In this document: positions 23,011-40,679 of the stretch, in pieces
How the letters are laid out: each line of letters opens with the position of its first letter
Numbering within the stretch: the first letter of the stretch is position 1
Notes under the pieces: generated by a model
Told to the model about the DNA's origin: nothing
Databases searched by the model: none
The model's input: only the letters and a program-made list of their open reading frames with translations
Made by a program: the position numbers and the translations under genes
NCBI RefSeq assembly: GCF_009914755.1
Contig: NC_060943.1
DNA: 64,000 bases
Source: the human T2T-CHM13v2.0 reference genome, Homo sapiens
Direction: 5' to 3' (one strand)

Positions 23011-24149
23011 CAGGAAGATCATATGACTTGCCCAAAGTAAAGCAGCTTTGAAGGTGTCAGAAGTGGGACCTGAATTCAAGACTAAATGGTCCATGTCTTT
23101 TTGCACTATCACCCTGAACTTGGCAGGAGTTGAGAATTAAATCTAGATAGCAGTGAAGAGAAACATCAATGGAGGCAGGGGGCAGAAGGAACAAGGGAAA
23201 ATAATACATCAAGTAAGGGAGAAATAAAAGGAGCCAGAAAATTACAACCAGAACATAATTAAAGGAGTTTCATCTTTAGAAACCAAAACACATTGTGAAA
23301 AGTAGGGAAAAAGTGGGGGAGTTTTACACTCTTTTCAGGGAGAGGCAAACAGTAACGGGATAGTGCAGGGGTTTATATGAGGCTATATAAGGAGGCGGGG
23401 ACACAACCATGAAAGAAACTTGTACACTTCTTGTTCTTCCTCTGAAGCTGCCATCTTGGCTCAGACTGAAGGTCCAACAAATGCTAGTTGGTGCAACAGC
23501 AGCTCAGGAAGCTGGGGCCAGGGCTTACCAGGACTTCCATCAGCTGCACTGTTCCTCCCTGGACATTTTCCTGCTCAGTTCTGGGAAATCTGGACAAGAG
23601 TTGGATGATGTTCCAGAACAGATGGTGCTAGCTTGGTTCTTCTGATCATTCCTCCCCTATCCCTAACCCAAGCCAGACTGGAAGTAAGAAGGGATCCTGG
23701 TTCTGCCACCCTCCCGGCCAGCAGGTGAGAATTCTACACAGCCAGGTAGGTCAGTTTAGCACTAGAGCAGGGATTCTGGAAGGACTCACCATCATTGCCA
23801 ACTCATCATCACCATTTCAGTTTTGAGCACCTATGATATGCCACCTGAGTACTTTCTGTGCATGAATGCATTGAGCCCTCACCACCTGTCTGCCTAGAAA
23901 TCCTACTGGTCAACTTTCAACTTATATCCAGAATTAGTAGTTTCCAGAAGCTGGGGGAAGGGAGAAACTGGAAGTAACTACTAATGGGTGCAGGGTTTCC
24001 TTTAGGGGGGATGAAATGTTCTGAGATTAAATAGAGGTGACTGTTGCATAACAGGGTGACTGTAGTAAGTGCTGTGGAATTGCACACCTCAAAGTGGTAA
24101 ATTTCATTTTATCACAATAAAAAAATTCATTTTATCACAATAAAAAAAC

Positions 24150-24870
24150 TTAAAAATTATAACCAGAATCCAGCCACTCATTATTATCTCCACAGACAAC
24201 AACCTGGTTCCACCCCCACTATTACCTGCCAGGACCAACACTGTCACCTCCTTCCTAATTCCCCAGCTTCTGCCCTGCCTGCCCCCAACCTTCAAAGTCT
24301 GTTCTTTTCACAGCAGCCAGAGGAGCCTATGAATATCTGAGTCAGGTCACGTCCCTCCTCTGCTCAAAAGCCCTCCGTGGCTCCCAGCTCCCTCAGAGCA
24401 AAAGCCAAAGTCCTCCCCGCAGCCCATAAGGCCCTCCAAAACCTGTCCCGTCACCTCTCTGTCCTTATCCTTGCACCTTCCCTCTCTCTTGCTCACTGGC
24501 TTCAGCCACATCTGCCTCCTCACTGTCACACATGTCACATATACCCCTACCTCAGGGCCTTTGCACCAGCTGTTCCTTCTTTCTCTAGACATCCTCACAG
24601 CTTCCTCAAGTCTTGGCTCCAATGCCATCGCCTCGATAAAGCTCTATCTAATACAGCAACTGCCTCCCCAGCCCTTTCTCTGCTGTTCTCTTCCCATTAC
24701 CCTTATAATCTTCTAAAGTACTATGCAACTTACCTACTATTTTTGTTTCTTATCATACATCTCTCCCCATGAGCATGTAAGCTCCCAGAGGGCAGGGACT
24801 TTTGTCTGCTTCCTGTGTCTTGAAGAGTGCCTTGGCCACCATGTATACTCCTTCAGTGTTTGCTAAACAA
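24150..24870 (+). mobile_element. L2 3' region
   Basis: CACAGCAGCCAGAG..CCTCAGGGCCTTTGCACCAGCTGTTCC..TGTAAGCTCCCAGAGGGCAGGGAC. Confidence 0.75.
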
Positions 24871-25737
24871 ATGCACAGCCCCATGAGGCAAGGACTGTTT
24901 TGCCCATTTTATGGAGGAGGAAAACTGAGACTCATAATCAGGTATGCAGCAGCAAACTGTCTGAATTCACAGCCCAAACTCAACACAGCGATCGTTCCTT
25001 ATTATTATTCACACAGCAAAGATGGACCAGGCAGTGTTCTAAGGGCTGGGGATGCAACAGAAGACAAAATAGATAAAGCTGAGCCCTCATGGAGGTGATG
25101 CTGTATCTGGTTCAGTTGTTTCCTGCCCAAACTCTCATCCACTCTCACTTTTGGCTCTGACAGTGGCCTCTGAGTAACACAGTGTGACATGCCTTCAACT
25201 ATGATCTGAATGTTCTATAGAAGCCGCCTTTCCATTATGCAACTGTGGTGGCTTTTCTTTTGTTATACGACGATTATTTGTCAACCCCACTATCTTTGCA
25301 CTCAACCATGGGCCCCCTGGGCTCAGAGACCTCGTGACAGTCATCTTCTCATCACCACATCTGCAAATGTGTGGGTGGATGGGGCAGCAACAGTCCACCT
25401 CCTCCAAGAAGCAGTCCCTGATTTTTCCTCCCCAGACAAATCTTCGTCTCTCTGTTCTTGGAAACTCAAAGAACTAAGCACCTCCCTCGAGCTGCTGTGC
25501 AAATGTGTGTGTTGTGTTTTATTTGGTTCTTCCGTATTTTCACTCTGGAAGTCGACAGTTCTGGCCAGAATGCCACCCGCCCCCACAAAATAAACATGTC
25601 ATTGTGATAAATGTTATGAAAGAAATGGGGTGAAGTCTAATTCAGACTTGGGGTGAGTTGCTGGGTCAGGAAAAGCTCTAAGGATGTTCCTTTTAAGAGG
25701 AAACCTAAAGGTTTTATTATTGTTGTTGTTGCTGTCA

Positions 25738-26600
<863 letters not shown>

Positions 26601-27521
26601 AATAAAATCACCTTCCCTTGTGGAGATCATAGTGATGTAGGGTGACAGATAGCAGACAGATGAGTAAGTAAGAAGGTGAAAAGTTCCAAAGGGGAAAATA
26701 AGGCAGAAGGGCGGGAGGCAAATGCTGAGAAGGTGGCCTTTGAGTGAAGTCCTGAAGGAGAGGAGGGAGAAGCCATGAGGTCACCTGAGAGAAGAACAAT
26801 GCAGACAGAGGAAACAGCCAGTGCAAAGGCCCTGAGGTAGGACTGTGCCTGGTGTGTCTGAGGAAGAGTAAAGACAATGGCAGGAGCTGGGTGAGAGGCC
26901 AGAGATGCTCGTGGGCTTCTCCAAGTGATCTTCTCGGGCTTTCTCCCAAGGCAGAGAAAATCAGCAATGGGAAAGGAAAATGGCAACTTCTGGAGCTTGA
27001 GAAGAAAAGAGGAAAGAGGAAAGAAAAAACGAAGAGAGGGAAGAGGAGGAGGACAGGCCTGAGCTCAGAGTCCTGCCACCTTCACTCTTCATGTCTTATC
27101 AGACAAACAAGCCTGGAGTCAGGAGAGCCCATGTCCCAGTGGCCTGCCATGCTGTCCTAAAAGACAGACCAACAGAGAGAAAGAAAGGCTGGCCTTTAAG
27201 AAAGGAAGGGCAAAGAAGAACATAAACAAAGCAACAGAAAAAGTAAAGCTAATATATAATAACATATACTATACCAGCCGTTGACAAACTCTGGCCCATG
27301 GCTTGTTTGTGTAAACAAAGTTTTATTGGCAAATGGCCATGCCCATTCATTTACGTATTGCCTGTAGCTGCCTTTGCTATAATGGCAGAGTAGAGTGGTC
27401 CCAAAGAGACAGTATTTACTAGACATTTTCTAGCTAATCCTTTGCAGAAAACATTTTCTGATCCCCGTACTATAACAATAACATACAACTATATTAGCAT
27501 ATTACGTATTTGTAGCATATA

Positions 27522-28168
27522 TAGTTGACCCCTGAACAACTCAGGTTTGAATTTTATGGGTCCACTTATGTAGATTTGTTTCCAATAACAGTTACACCAA
27601 GCGTGCTTGTCTTTCTGGCCTCCCCTTCCACCTCCACCTCTGCCACCCCTGAGACAACAAGACCAACTCCTCCTCTTCTTCAGCCTACTTAATGTGAAGA
27701 CAATGAGGATGAAGACCTTTATAATGATCCCTTTCCAATTAATGAATAGTAAATATATTTTCTCTTCCTTATGATTTTCTTAAAATAATACTTTCTCCTC
27801 CCTAGCTTACTTTATTGTAAGAATACAGTATATAATGCATATAACATATAAAATCTGTCTTCATCGACTGTTTATGTTACTGGTAAGGCTTCTGGTCAAG
27901 AATAGACTGTTAGTAGTTAAGCTTTGGGGGAGTCAGAAGTTATACACAGGCTGGGTGCGGGGGCTCACACCTGTAATCCTAGCACTTTGAGAGGCTGAGG
28001 CAGGAGGATCACTTGAGCCCAGGAGTTCGAGATCAACCTGAGCAACAAAAGCGAGACCTTGTCTCTAATTTTAAAATTTCTAAAAAATAGAGAAAAAAAG
28101 TTACACACACATTTTTGACTGCACAGGAGTTCATTGCCCCAACCCCTATGTTGTTCAAGAGTCAACTA
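27522..28168 (+). mobile_element. Tigger2a-like Tc1/mariner element containing an Alu monomer (27949-28080)
   Basis: Terminal inverted repeats TAGTTGACCCCTGAACAAC / GTTGTTCAAGAGTCAACTA with flanking TA; internal GAAGACAATGAGGATGAAGACCTTTAT. Confidence 0.8.
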
Positions 28169-29605
28169 TATTTATCTATGAATATATAATTACATAACAT
28201 AAAATGGTTTATTACTATTATAAATAACATGCTGAGTTCTTACCATGTGCTGGGCACTGGGCTAAGCTTTTCTGCCTATGCTCTTGTATTGAATCTGATC
28301 AAAAACTCATCAGATTAGGACAATATTATTATTGTTGTTATTATTCATTGAGACCGTGGCCTCCGAATCTAGATAGCCTAGGCTGAAATCCCACTTTTGT
28401 TGCTTGAGGGGTGCAAGACCTCAGATAGTGAGTCTCTCTCTCTGTTTCGGTTTTCTCTTTTTGTTACACGGGATGATAACAGTACCCACCCCTCAGGGCA
28501 CTGAAAGGATGAGCTAAATTGATGCAAGCGAGGTGCCTGGCATATTGACCAGAACTCTCATTACCATGGCTGTCCTTATTTTACAGATGAGGAAACTGAG
28601 GCACGGGAAGGTGAAGTCATGGGCAGCCACCACTGCCAGAAGTGGAGAGCTGGCAAAGTTGGGGAGAGGGTGATAAAAACTAGGAATCACGGCTCTCATG
28701 ATAGGTGGACCTAGAAGACAGCACTGGGGAACTTGGTCCTGTCTACCTCTCACCTCATTGTCCTAGACCTGGGAGTGGGCAGAAGGCAGGGACCTGCTGG
28801 TCAGCTGCCAGAGGCAATGAGGGGTTGCTCTTCCGTTCTCCATGGAGGGGAAGAAGGCCGGTTAAGCTTGAATGGTGGAAGCTAAGACAGTGACAGCCCT
28901 ATCATCACAGATCCTTGGAGGAGTTCAAAGAAGTGGGTGGGGCGGGGAGGGGACAGACCATTGTTACAGCCGCTGGGCTGACCCTGGGGGCTGGAGATGA
29001 GGATGCACGGCCAGTACAGCTGGACCAGATTGGAGTCAGGCGGGCTCACACCATTGTTAACATGCCCAGCTTCAACGTCACTTGTATACCTACTTCTGGT
29101 TGCCAAGATAGGCTACAAAGAGGTAGGAGCAGGTGAGGGGCAGGTTGCTTCCTGCCCCTGGGACCCAAGTCCACCTCCCTGGACCCAGCCTGAGGGACCG
29201 TTTCTAGGTTTCACCTCCAGGAAAGTGACTGCTTGGTTCAGGCAGCGATCACTTGCTTTCTGTTCTGACTCCATCAAGGCATCTTTCCCCACCCAGCCTC
29301 AGGTTAAGGTGAGGGGCTTGCCAGGGGCACAGACTGCCTGCAGAGACCCCCACTATCTCAGTTCTACCTCATCTCCTGGAGAAGACAGCTATCCAAGCAG
29401 AGGACCCCACACTCAAGCTTGGCATAGAATTTATCTCCCTTGGAGAACACGGAAAGATTTTCACTTAAAGGGAAAGAATTTGCAGAACAAGGAAAGAAGT
29501 AAGGGAGAAAAAAAGAAGAGAGCAGATACTGGCATGTAGAGGGAACTAAGAACCAATAACCATCACCACCACTGCTACCACCAATAATAAGAATAGCAGT
29601 AAGGA

Positions 29606-30181
<576 letters not shown>

Positions 30182-30250
30182 TTATTCTGCCAGCTTCCTG
30201 TTAGGAAATGCTCCCTCTCTCTCTTTCTCTCCCCCCTTCTTTCTCTCAAC

Positions 30251-30251
<1 letters not shown>

Positions 30252-30296
<45 letters not shown>
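30252..30296. repeat. (TG)22 microsatellite
   Basis: Direct count. Confidence 0.95.
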
Positions 30297-30297
<1 letters not shown>

Positions 30298-30479
30298 TTT
30301 GTGAGTCTCAGTCTCTCTCTGTCTCTGCCTCCTTCCTCTCTTCCTCCTTCTCTATTTCAGTAAGGGCCCACACCTTTGTAAGCTATCTCTTAATTTGATT
30401 CTTAAGCTATCTCTTAATTTGATTCTTGGTCTGTGTCTTCCGTTTCCTACTGGGACCCTCTCTCATACACCATGGGATG

Positions 30480-31260
30480 AAATTCCAGTCCACAGAATGC
30501 AGGCAGAAGTAAGGTTCACTACTTCTATATGTGGCCTCCCAAAACTTCCTGTGTGAGCCTTCATACTCTTTTCCTACAGGCCGGAAGTGAAGGACTTTCT
30601 GATCTTAGGGGATGGTGGAGCCACAGATGGAAAGAGCCGGGTCCTGAAATCACCACATGGAATGCCACTTGCTGATTATCTGATTGGATTTAGGGTGAGT
30701 GAGAAGTACATTCGTATTGCCTTAAGCTACTGCAGACTTGGGGGTTGCTTGTTACAGCAGCAAGCATATCCTAATACACCTTTAAGAAGACTGCTCTTCC
30801 CCACTTGGAGAAGTTGGCTCCACCCCAACTCCATAAAGTCATGTGACCCAAGCCTAAGCCAATCAGAGCACCCCGTTCTCCACCTCCCATTTCCCCACAG
30901 TGATTGGTTCTGGCATGAGCACACGACCTCAGCAACAGCCAATCAAAAGCAAGAAAGCATTTGCTGAAAATTCCGGGAAGATAGCTGAAAAAGAGAGAAG
31001 AATCTCTCTCTGAATATGGTCTTGGGCAGACTGGAGGGCTGGAAGTGCAGCTAAGTCATGGATAATGGAGCCAGCTGCAAAAAGTAGAGCCAAGAAACAG
31101 AAACAGAGGCCTAATGGTGTTATCTGATCCCTAGATCCAAACAAGCCTGAAGCTGGACACTCCTGAGACTCTTCAGTCTCATGAGCCAATACAATCCCCA
31201 CTTCTTGTTTAAGCCCCTTTGAGTTTTCCACCTCTTCCAAGTAAAGGGAACTAAGGGATT
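30480..31260. mobile_element. LTR16-like ERVL LTR fragments
   Basis: GGAGCCACAGATGGAAAGAGCCGGGTCCTGAA; AGCCAATCAGAGCA..AGTGATTGGTTC..CATGAGCCAATACAATCCCC..TTTAAGCC. Confidence 0.65.
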
Positions 31261-32529
31261 CACATAGGTAAATATAATGAGTCCACACCATGTGTCAGGC
31301 CCACTGACCTCACAGCAAGTCAACAGGTAGATATTTTTACTTTAATTCCCATTTTATAGGCAAGGAAATGGGGACCTTTTAAATTGGCCAGGAGCACCTC
31401 AGTAGGGAAATTATTTGCAAAAGAGTATGTTTGGGGATTGGGTGTGTGAGCTTGAGTAATTGGGATTGGGCTGAAAGTCCAGAAACCAATCCTGAAACCA
31501 ACATCTTTTGTATGATTTCAAGAGTGCCAATTAACTTCCCCCGTTCTATAAAAAATGGAGATAAAAACCCTTCCACTTCTCCCCCACCAATTCCATAGTG
31601 TCGGTTTGGGTAACAAAGTAAGGTAACAGTTAAAAGGTGCTCTGAAGGAAAGGCTAGCAACTCATCCTTGCTGTTGTTAATAAACAGTCATTGTTGAATT
31701 GGCTCCAGAAACCCTGGGGGCCAGGGGCTGTCCAGTGACTCTCTTGGCCAGAATTCCAAAGACCATCTGTGGCAAATACATCCTCCAGAGCACATACCCT
31801 TGGCAGGATCACAAACTGCTTTTCTCACCCAGAAAACACAACCAGAAAAGAAACAGAGATAGAGAGAGGGGAGAGAGGGGAAAAATCATGCCAGCTCAAA
31901 ATTTCTTTTAATCTGATCAATGATTTCCATCTCCACAGCCACCATGCCAGCCCAAGGCACACTTCCCTGAATGAGTGAAATCATTTCCTAATTGGTCTCA
32001 TGGCTTTTTATTCTTGCTGTATTCCAATACATTCTCCATGCAGCAACCAGTGGAACTATTCACAGACATAAAATCATTGTATTACTGCTTCAGTAGCCTG
32101 ACAGTGCCTTTAGGATAAATATCAAACTCCTAAGCACCTTCCACAGGACCTTTGCACATGCTGTTCCCTGTGGCCAAAACATCTTTTCCACCATTCCCAC
32201 CCCTACAATAGCAGAGGCCCACTAAAGACTCAGTTTATCAGCACTTCCCTGGAAGATGTTGTTTCACATGTTTCTTTTAGAGCAAGCCAGACTTGTCCCT
32301 TTTTGCAAGGCCTATAACATTTTAAATTATAAGTAGTAATAACTATTTACATGTCATCCTTGCCAGACTGTAAACTCCATGAAAGCCATGATTGCATCTG
32401 TCATATCCGTCACTGTAACTCAGTGCCTGGCACACAGTTGGCACTCAATAAATATTTGTGGCTTCAAAGGTTGAGTATAAAAACAGACCAGATGAAAGAA
32501 GGTAAAAGTTAAACAGTCAAGAGGTTGTC

Positions 32530-33760
32530 TTGCAGATCATTGGGGCAAGAATGGGCTTTTTAATAAATGATGCTGGGACAATTCTTATGGAATAAAAAGG
32601 AAATTGGACCCCTACCTACCACCACATATAAAAATCAATCCCAAGCTGATTAAAGACATACAGTGAACACAACTGTAAAACTTTCAGAAATAACATAAAA
32701 TATATCCATGGCCTCAGGGTAGAAATGATTTTCTTAAATAAGATACAAAGCCCACAAACTATAAAGGAAAAGATTTCTAAAATCAACCACATCAAAATTA
32801 AGAACTGTTGGTGATCAAAAGACATTATAAAAAAGATCAAAAGCCAAGCCAAGAGAAAATATTGCACAACATATAATGATGAAGAATCAGTTTCCAGGCT
32901 ATGTAAGGATCACCCACAAATCAATATTTTTTTTTTAAAAGTGACCTAATCAAAAATGGACAGAGCATGTAGAGGCACTTCACAAAAAAGCAAGCTTGAA
33001 TAGTCAATAAATATTTTAAACTATGTTCACTCTAATTTGCAATCGGGGGATGCAAACTAAAATCACAATGAGAAATCACCATGAGAAAGGCTATAACTTA
33101 AAAACCTGACAATACCAAGTGTTGGCAAGGTTGTGAAGCATCTTGAATGCTCACCCACCACCGGCAGGAGTGTAAATTAGCACAAGCACTTTGGAAAATT
33201 GTTTGGCAGTGTTTAGTCAAGGTGAAAATGTACAAATCTTAGTATCCAACAATTTCACACAGAGCGATGTGCTCCAGAGAGACCCCTGCAAGCGAGCAGC
33301 AGAATCCATAAACAACCAACAAAGCTGCTTATGCCAGTGCCCAAAAGAGAACAAAGTCACATGCTCATCATCAATGAATAAACAAGATCATGAAGGAGCT
33401 GCAGTGACCACAATGAGGATGAAATCTCACAAAGGTAACTGCAAACCAATGAAGCAAAATACAAAACAACTCCTCTCACATGATTTTATTCATATAAAAC
33501 TCAAAACCACATAATATCTGACTATATTGCTTCAGGATGCGTACTTAGGTGGTACAACCACACAAGAAAGCAAGCGAATGGTTCCCATATAATCTCCAAT
33601 AGTGGTTCCTCCAGGAGGGAAGGAGTGGCTGTGATTGAGGATGAGCATGAGGGAGAATCTGATGGTGGCCCTGTGGCTCTTGACCTGGGTAAAATGGGTG
33701 TACGCTTCATGGTTTGGTCTTTAAAATGTTCATCTATGTTCCTACACTGCTCTCTAGGTT
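32530..33760 (+). mobile_element. Ancient L1M (L1ME-like) ORF2-end/3'UTR
   Basis: AATAAATGATGCTGGGACAA..CCACATATAAAAATCAA..GACAATACCAAGTGTTGGCAAGG..CACTTTGGAAAA. Confidence 0.75.
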
Positions 33761-33779
33761 TGTTCTCTCTGTCTCTCTC

Positions 33780-33811
<32 letters not shown>

Positions 33812-35143
33812 ACACACACACATACACACACACGTCAGCTAAAGACTAAAAAAGAAAGAAGACACATACACCAACCAACAGTTTATGCTGAGAAAGAGAA
33901 AAGGGGAAAATACCCAGACAGAAAATTAAAAGATAACATAGACACAGGAAATGAAAAGAGATGACGAGTTGGCAAGACGGCGAGGGTAAGGAAATGAGAA
34001 CTGGAGAGACAGAAAAAAGAAAAAAATAATAAGATGGTCAAGGATAACAGGAGGAGGGGAAGATACAAGAAGCAATATTCTCTCTCTTCTTTCTGTCTCT
34101 TTCTCTACCTCCATATCTCTCCCTCTCCTTCATCCCTTCCATCTTTGTCTCTCTCTCTTTTCCCTCACCATTGCCTTCCTTGCACTTCCTCCATCCAGGT
34201 CCTTCTCTCCCCTTCCATCTCTGTCTCTTTCTCACCTTCCACTTTTCTTTCTCTCTCATCTCTCTCTCTCTCTCTGTGTCTCCTCTTTGTCTCCTCTGTC
34301 TCTTCCTTCTTCCCTACACACGCAGCCTCTCTTTCTTTTAACACTTATTTATCAGGTGGCTACCCTGTGCTGGACACAGTGCTAAAAAAGAGGCCCTGGC
34401 TGGGGGAAATGGGATGGCATGGCCCACCGTGGTTCCCAAGCATCAGTGGCACGGACGCCTGCCCAGGGCGCCTCATCCCAGCTCCAGCATGGACCTGTGG
34501 GCCGCCTGCCACTCTCTCCCCATCATTAATTTCACTATCAAACACTCCCAGCATCACAAGTTGTAGGTCTTATTTATTAAATATTTAACTAGGAGAAACC
34601 CAGCTGAGATGAAACCTCTCATTTGTGGCAGCCACAGGAGAGCAGAACATGGACCTGCTGCTGGGATTAAGCCAGGCTGATGAGTAGAACCAGGGTGCCC
34701 AGAGGGGGAAACAGGTGGGGGCAGCCCCCAGTGGGGAGAGGAAGACCCAGAAATGCAGGGAGCTGGGCTTTCACACAGTCTCACCTGGATGGCGAGAGGT
34801 TGTCAGCCAGGGAAGGCGAGTTCAAAAACCCCCAAAATCAGAATAGGTCAATCTATACAGACAGAAGATTAGTAGTTGCCAGGGGCTGGGGGAGCGGGGA
34901 GAGACAGGGAGTGAGCGCTCAGTGAGTACGGGGTCTCCTTTTTGGGGTCTTGGAACTACAGAGACGTGATGGGTGCACAACACTGAGTGTATTAAATGCC
35001 ACCAAACTGTACACTTTAAAATGGTTAATGGTCAATTTTATGTTATGGGAATTTTATCTCAATGTTTTAAAAATTAAAAAAAAAAAATCCCACACCCAAA
35101 CCCATTAACCATTAGCTCTAAGGCTGCTGACCTCATTTTTTAA

Positions 35144-36975
<1,832 letters not shown>

Positions 36976-37722
36976 CTGCATCTGTAAGTGATCCAAGACT
37001 ATGGCCAAGGGTGAGACAAACACCTTAGGGGAGCAATGAAGAAATTAGGAACTCACTTGGGTCCTCCACCTTTCCTTTCTCAGCACTGGCCACCTGTTCA
37101 GGGGCCTTCACCTGTCCCCTTGGGTCTCCCCAACGAATCCCTGCTTCACTCCCCAGAGAGAACCATCAGAGCCTCCCCACACCAGCCCCTGACTTCTCCT
37201 ACTCCTCAGATCACCCTAAATCAAGCCCACATCTCCCCTTGGGTTTCCTCCTATCTCAGTTTCTCAGTTGTATCTCCTGTCACCTCCAAATGCAGCTAAG
37301 ATCACCTGGGAGATCTTTATTTTTGAGCCTTAGTACTTACCACACTCAAACTATCCTTTACCTGTTTATCTGGTCCTTGGACTCCCTCTCTCTCCCCACC
37401 CAGAATATCAGCCACACCAGGGCAGGGATTTTTGTCCGTGCGTTTATTTCTCTCTGTGTTTTGTCCATCTACGTCCCAGTGCCCACGCCAAGGAGGAAAT
37501 TAAGAGCTTGCTGGTCATTAGAGAAAAGTAAATGACCAGCAATGACTACCTGCTGAGAATTTACTATGTGCCACGCATGATGTTTTACAGTCACCATCCA
37601 CTTAATCCTTGCAACATTCCTGCAAGAAAATGCTACACTGCTTATCTTATAGATGACGAAACAGAGTGGTTAAGATTAGGTAGCTTCCCAAAAGCCACAC
37701 CACCGATAGAAACCTAGTCCTA

Positions 37723-38411
37723 GCCCAGGCGTGGTAGCTCACGCCTGTAATGCCAGCACTTTGGGAGGCTGAGGCAGGAGGATCACGAGGTCAAGAGGTC
37801 GAGACCAGCTTGGCCAACATGGTGAAACTCCATCTCTACTAAAAATGCAAAAATTAGCTGGGTGTGGTGGCGCGTGCCTGTAGTCCCAGCCACTTGGGAG
37901 GCCAAGGCAGGAAAATTGCTTGAACCGGGAGGCAGAGGTTGCAGTGAGCTGAGATTGTGCCATTGCACTCCAGCCTGGGCAACAGAGCGAGACTCCATCT
38001 CAAAAAACAAAAGAAAAGAAAGGAAAAGAAAAGAAAAGAAGGAAGGAAGGAAGGAGAAAGAAGGAAAGAAAGAGAGAGAGAGAGAAAGAAAGGAAAGAAA
38101 GAAAGAAAGAAAGAAAGAGAAAAGAAAGAAAGAAAAGAAGGAAGAAGAGAGGAAGGAAGGAAAGGAAAGAAAGGAAAGAGAAAGGAAAAAGGAAGGAAGG
38201 AAAGAAAGGAAGGAAGAAGGGAGGGAGGGAAGGAGGGAAAGTGAAAGGAAAGGAAGGAAAGGAGGAAGGAAGGAAAGGAGTAAGGAAGGAAGAAGGAAGG
38301 GAGGGAGGGAGGGAAAGAGAAAGGAAAGGAAGGAAAGGAAGAAGGAAGGGAGGGAGGGAAAGACAAAGGAAAGGAAGAAGGAAGGAAGAAAGGAAGGAAG
38401 GAAGGAAAGGA
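37723..38411 (+). mobile_element. Alu whose tail has expanded into a ~410-bp GAAA/GGAA/GGGA polypurine tract
   Basis: TSD AGAAACCTAGTCCTA at 37708-37722 and 38412-38426 encloses the Alu and the whole tract. Confidence 0.92.
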
Positions 38412-38940
38412 AGAAACCTAGTCCTAGTTGAGCTCAGACTCTGTCCCTTAACCATCGTCCCGCGACATCTCTTGCCCACTCGCACACCAACCTCTCTGGA
38501 ATGCAAATGGTTTCCCGGAGAAAACTTGAGTATTTTTCCCTCTGGGTTTTTATCCTTGCTGTGCCTTCACCTGTCTCATAAAGTTTCTCCATTTGCTAGA
38601 TGTGTGACCTTGGCAAGCAGTGTTAGCTCTCTGAGTCTCAGTGTGCACATCTGCAAACTGGGGGCAAAAATAAGTGCCATGAGCTCTGGGGGCTGGGATG
38701 AAGTTCTCATAAACTGCCAGGGCAGTTCTATAAAGCTTAGGGGCTCATAAGCTCCCCACAGAGAGGAGCTACTGTTACTGTAACTATTCACCACAAAGCA
38801 GAGAGTTTCCATGTCCTCCTGGGACATGGTGCTTCCTCTTTATCAGGGATGGAGTGAAATCCTGACATGAGCAAGGGCAGGAGCCAAGAAAAGGGCCTTT
38901 CCGTCATGAATGTGGAAAATGGTCTGTTTGCTTTTCATCA

Positions 38941-39192
<252 letters not shown>

Positions 39193-40679
39193 CTAGGGGA
39201 CAGAGTGAGACCTCACCTCTAAATTTTAAAAAGGGCTTGTCAGCACCAACAGAGGTACACAGAGGCGCACACACACTATTGCACTGGGGAGGGAGGAGGC
39301 CGATACCTATAACACTAATACATCAGACTCTTATTTGGCACCCACTGTGTGTCAGGTACTGTTTTGAGTGCTGCTTTCCTCACAACCACCCCACAATGCA
39401 GGCACTAATGTTATACCACTTTTACTGATGAGGAAAGGGAGGCCCAGGGGGCTAAGTGATTTGCCTAAAATGATATGAATGGAAATAAGCAGAGTTGGTA
39501 TTTGAACCTAGGCAGCCAGGCTCCACAGCCTCCCTCCCTCCACTACACTGGACTGCCTCAAGCCCCACACAGAGCCATGACATGCCTCAATTTCAACAGA
39601 AACTTGCTCAATCCCTCAAAGACATCGGTAAAGAATGTGCCTGAGAAAACAGAGGAAAGGATATCCAAACAGCCCACAGAGATCTGGAAAATGCTCTATG
39701 TCTTAAGTCACCAAAGAAATGCACAGGATACCACAACAGGATTTCACTTTCACTTATCTGATTGGTGAAGATGTAAAATCAAGGGAGGGCAAGCCTGATT
39801 GGGCCACGTCGTCAGGGAAAGGGGACCTTGGAATTTGAAAGGGCACAGACTTCCTGTTTCTTGCAACCTGGCCCAAAAGCCTGACATACGACCTTGCCAT
39901 ACCATTTCCAGGAATCTGTCCTAGGGAAACAGTGACAGAAGTGTGCAAAGACTTCTCTACCAGGATGCTCACTGCAGTGTGATCAGTGTTGGTGGAAAAA
40001 CGGCTGGTCTCAAAACAAATATACAAAAGGAAGCCCATTTTTGTTATGAAAATCAAAAAGTTTAGGTATATCGGGGGGAAAAAAGGAGTGGTTATTCCAT
40101 TTCCTTTGGAAAAAAACAAAATCCTCACCATAGTTCACAAAGCCCAGAATAAGCCAACCTTGTCACCTCCCTGCCCTCACGTCCTCCCATTCACCTAGCA
40201 TACAGTAGGTGCTCAGTCAACATTTATGAATGAATGAACGCACTCCTTCCCATTCCCCTCCATCTCTAAGCTGATATGCTCCAGGGTCTCTCTCCTGTAC
40301 ATTCCTAAGGGTGTGGGGATCAAGGGGATATAGAAACACAGTCCATACCAGCAGCATTCACCATGCCAGGAGACCAAAGAAAGTAAGGCACGATTTTCAA
40401 ACAGGGCAACAGAAGGGGAAGGAGAGAGAAGGGGAGGCCGCCGCAGTTTTCATTCCAACATTTTCCAGCTCTGGGTGAGATTTCCTTCTATACACTCATC
40501 TATATTTACATCAACGAATCTGTCGGTAGCAAGCCTGTTGCTTCTTGTGTGGGATCTAAAGTTCACAGAAAGCTGGCTTAGACACCCAGCTAGGAAGACA
40601 AACTGTAAATTAAATTTAAGTCACCCAAAAACCCTAAATCCACCCACTCCTCTTGAAGAAACCCATGACATCGATTACA

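Noticed and set aside
37854-38750. 168-189 aa K/E/R/G-rich and F/L/S/P-rich ORFs
   Set aside because: A polypurine tract has almost no stop codons; low-complexity artefact.
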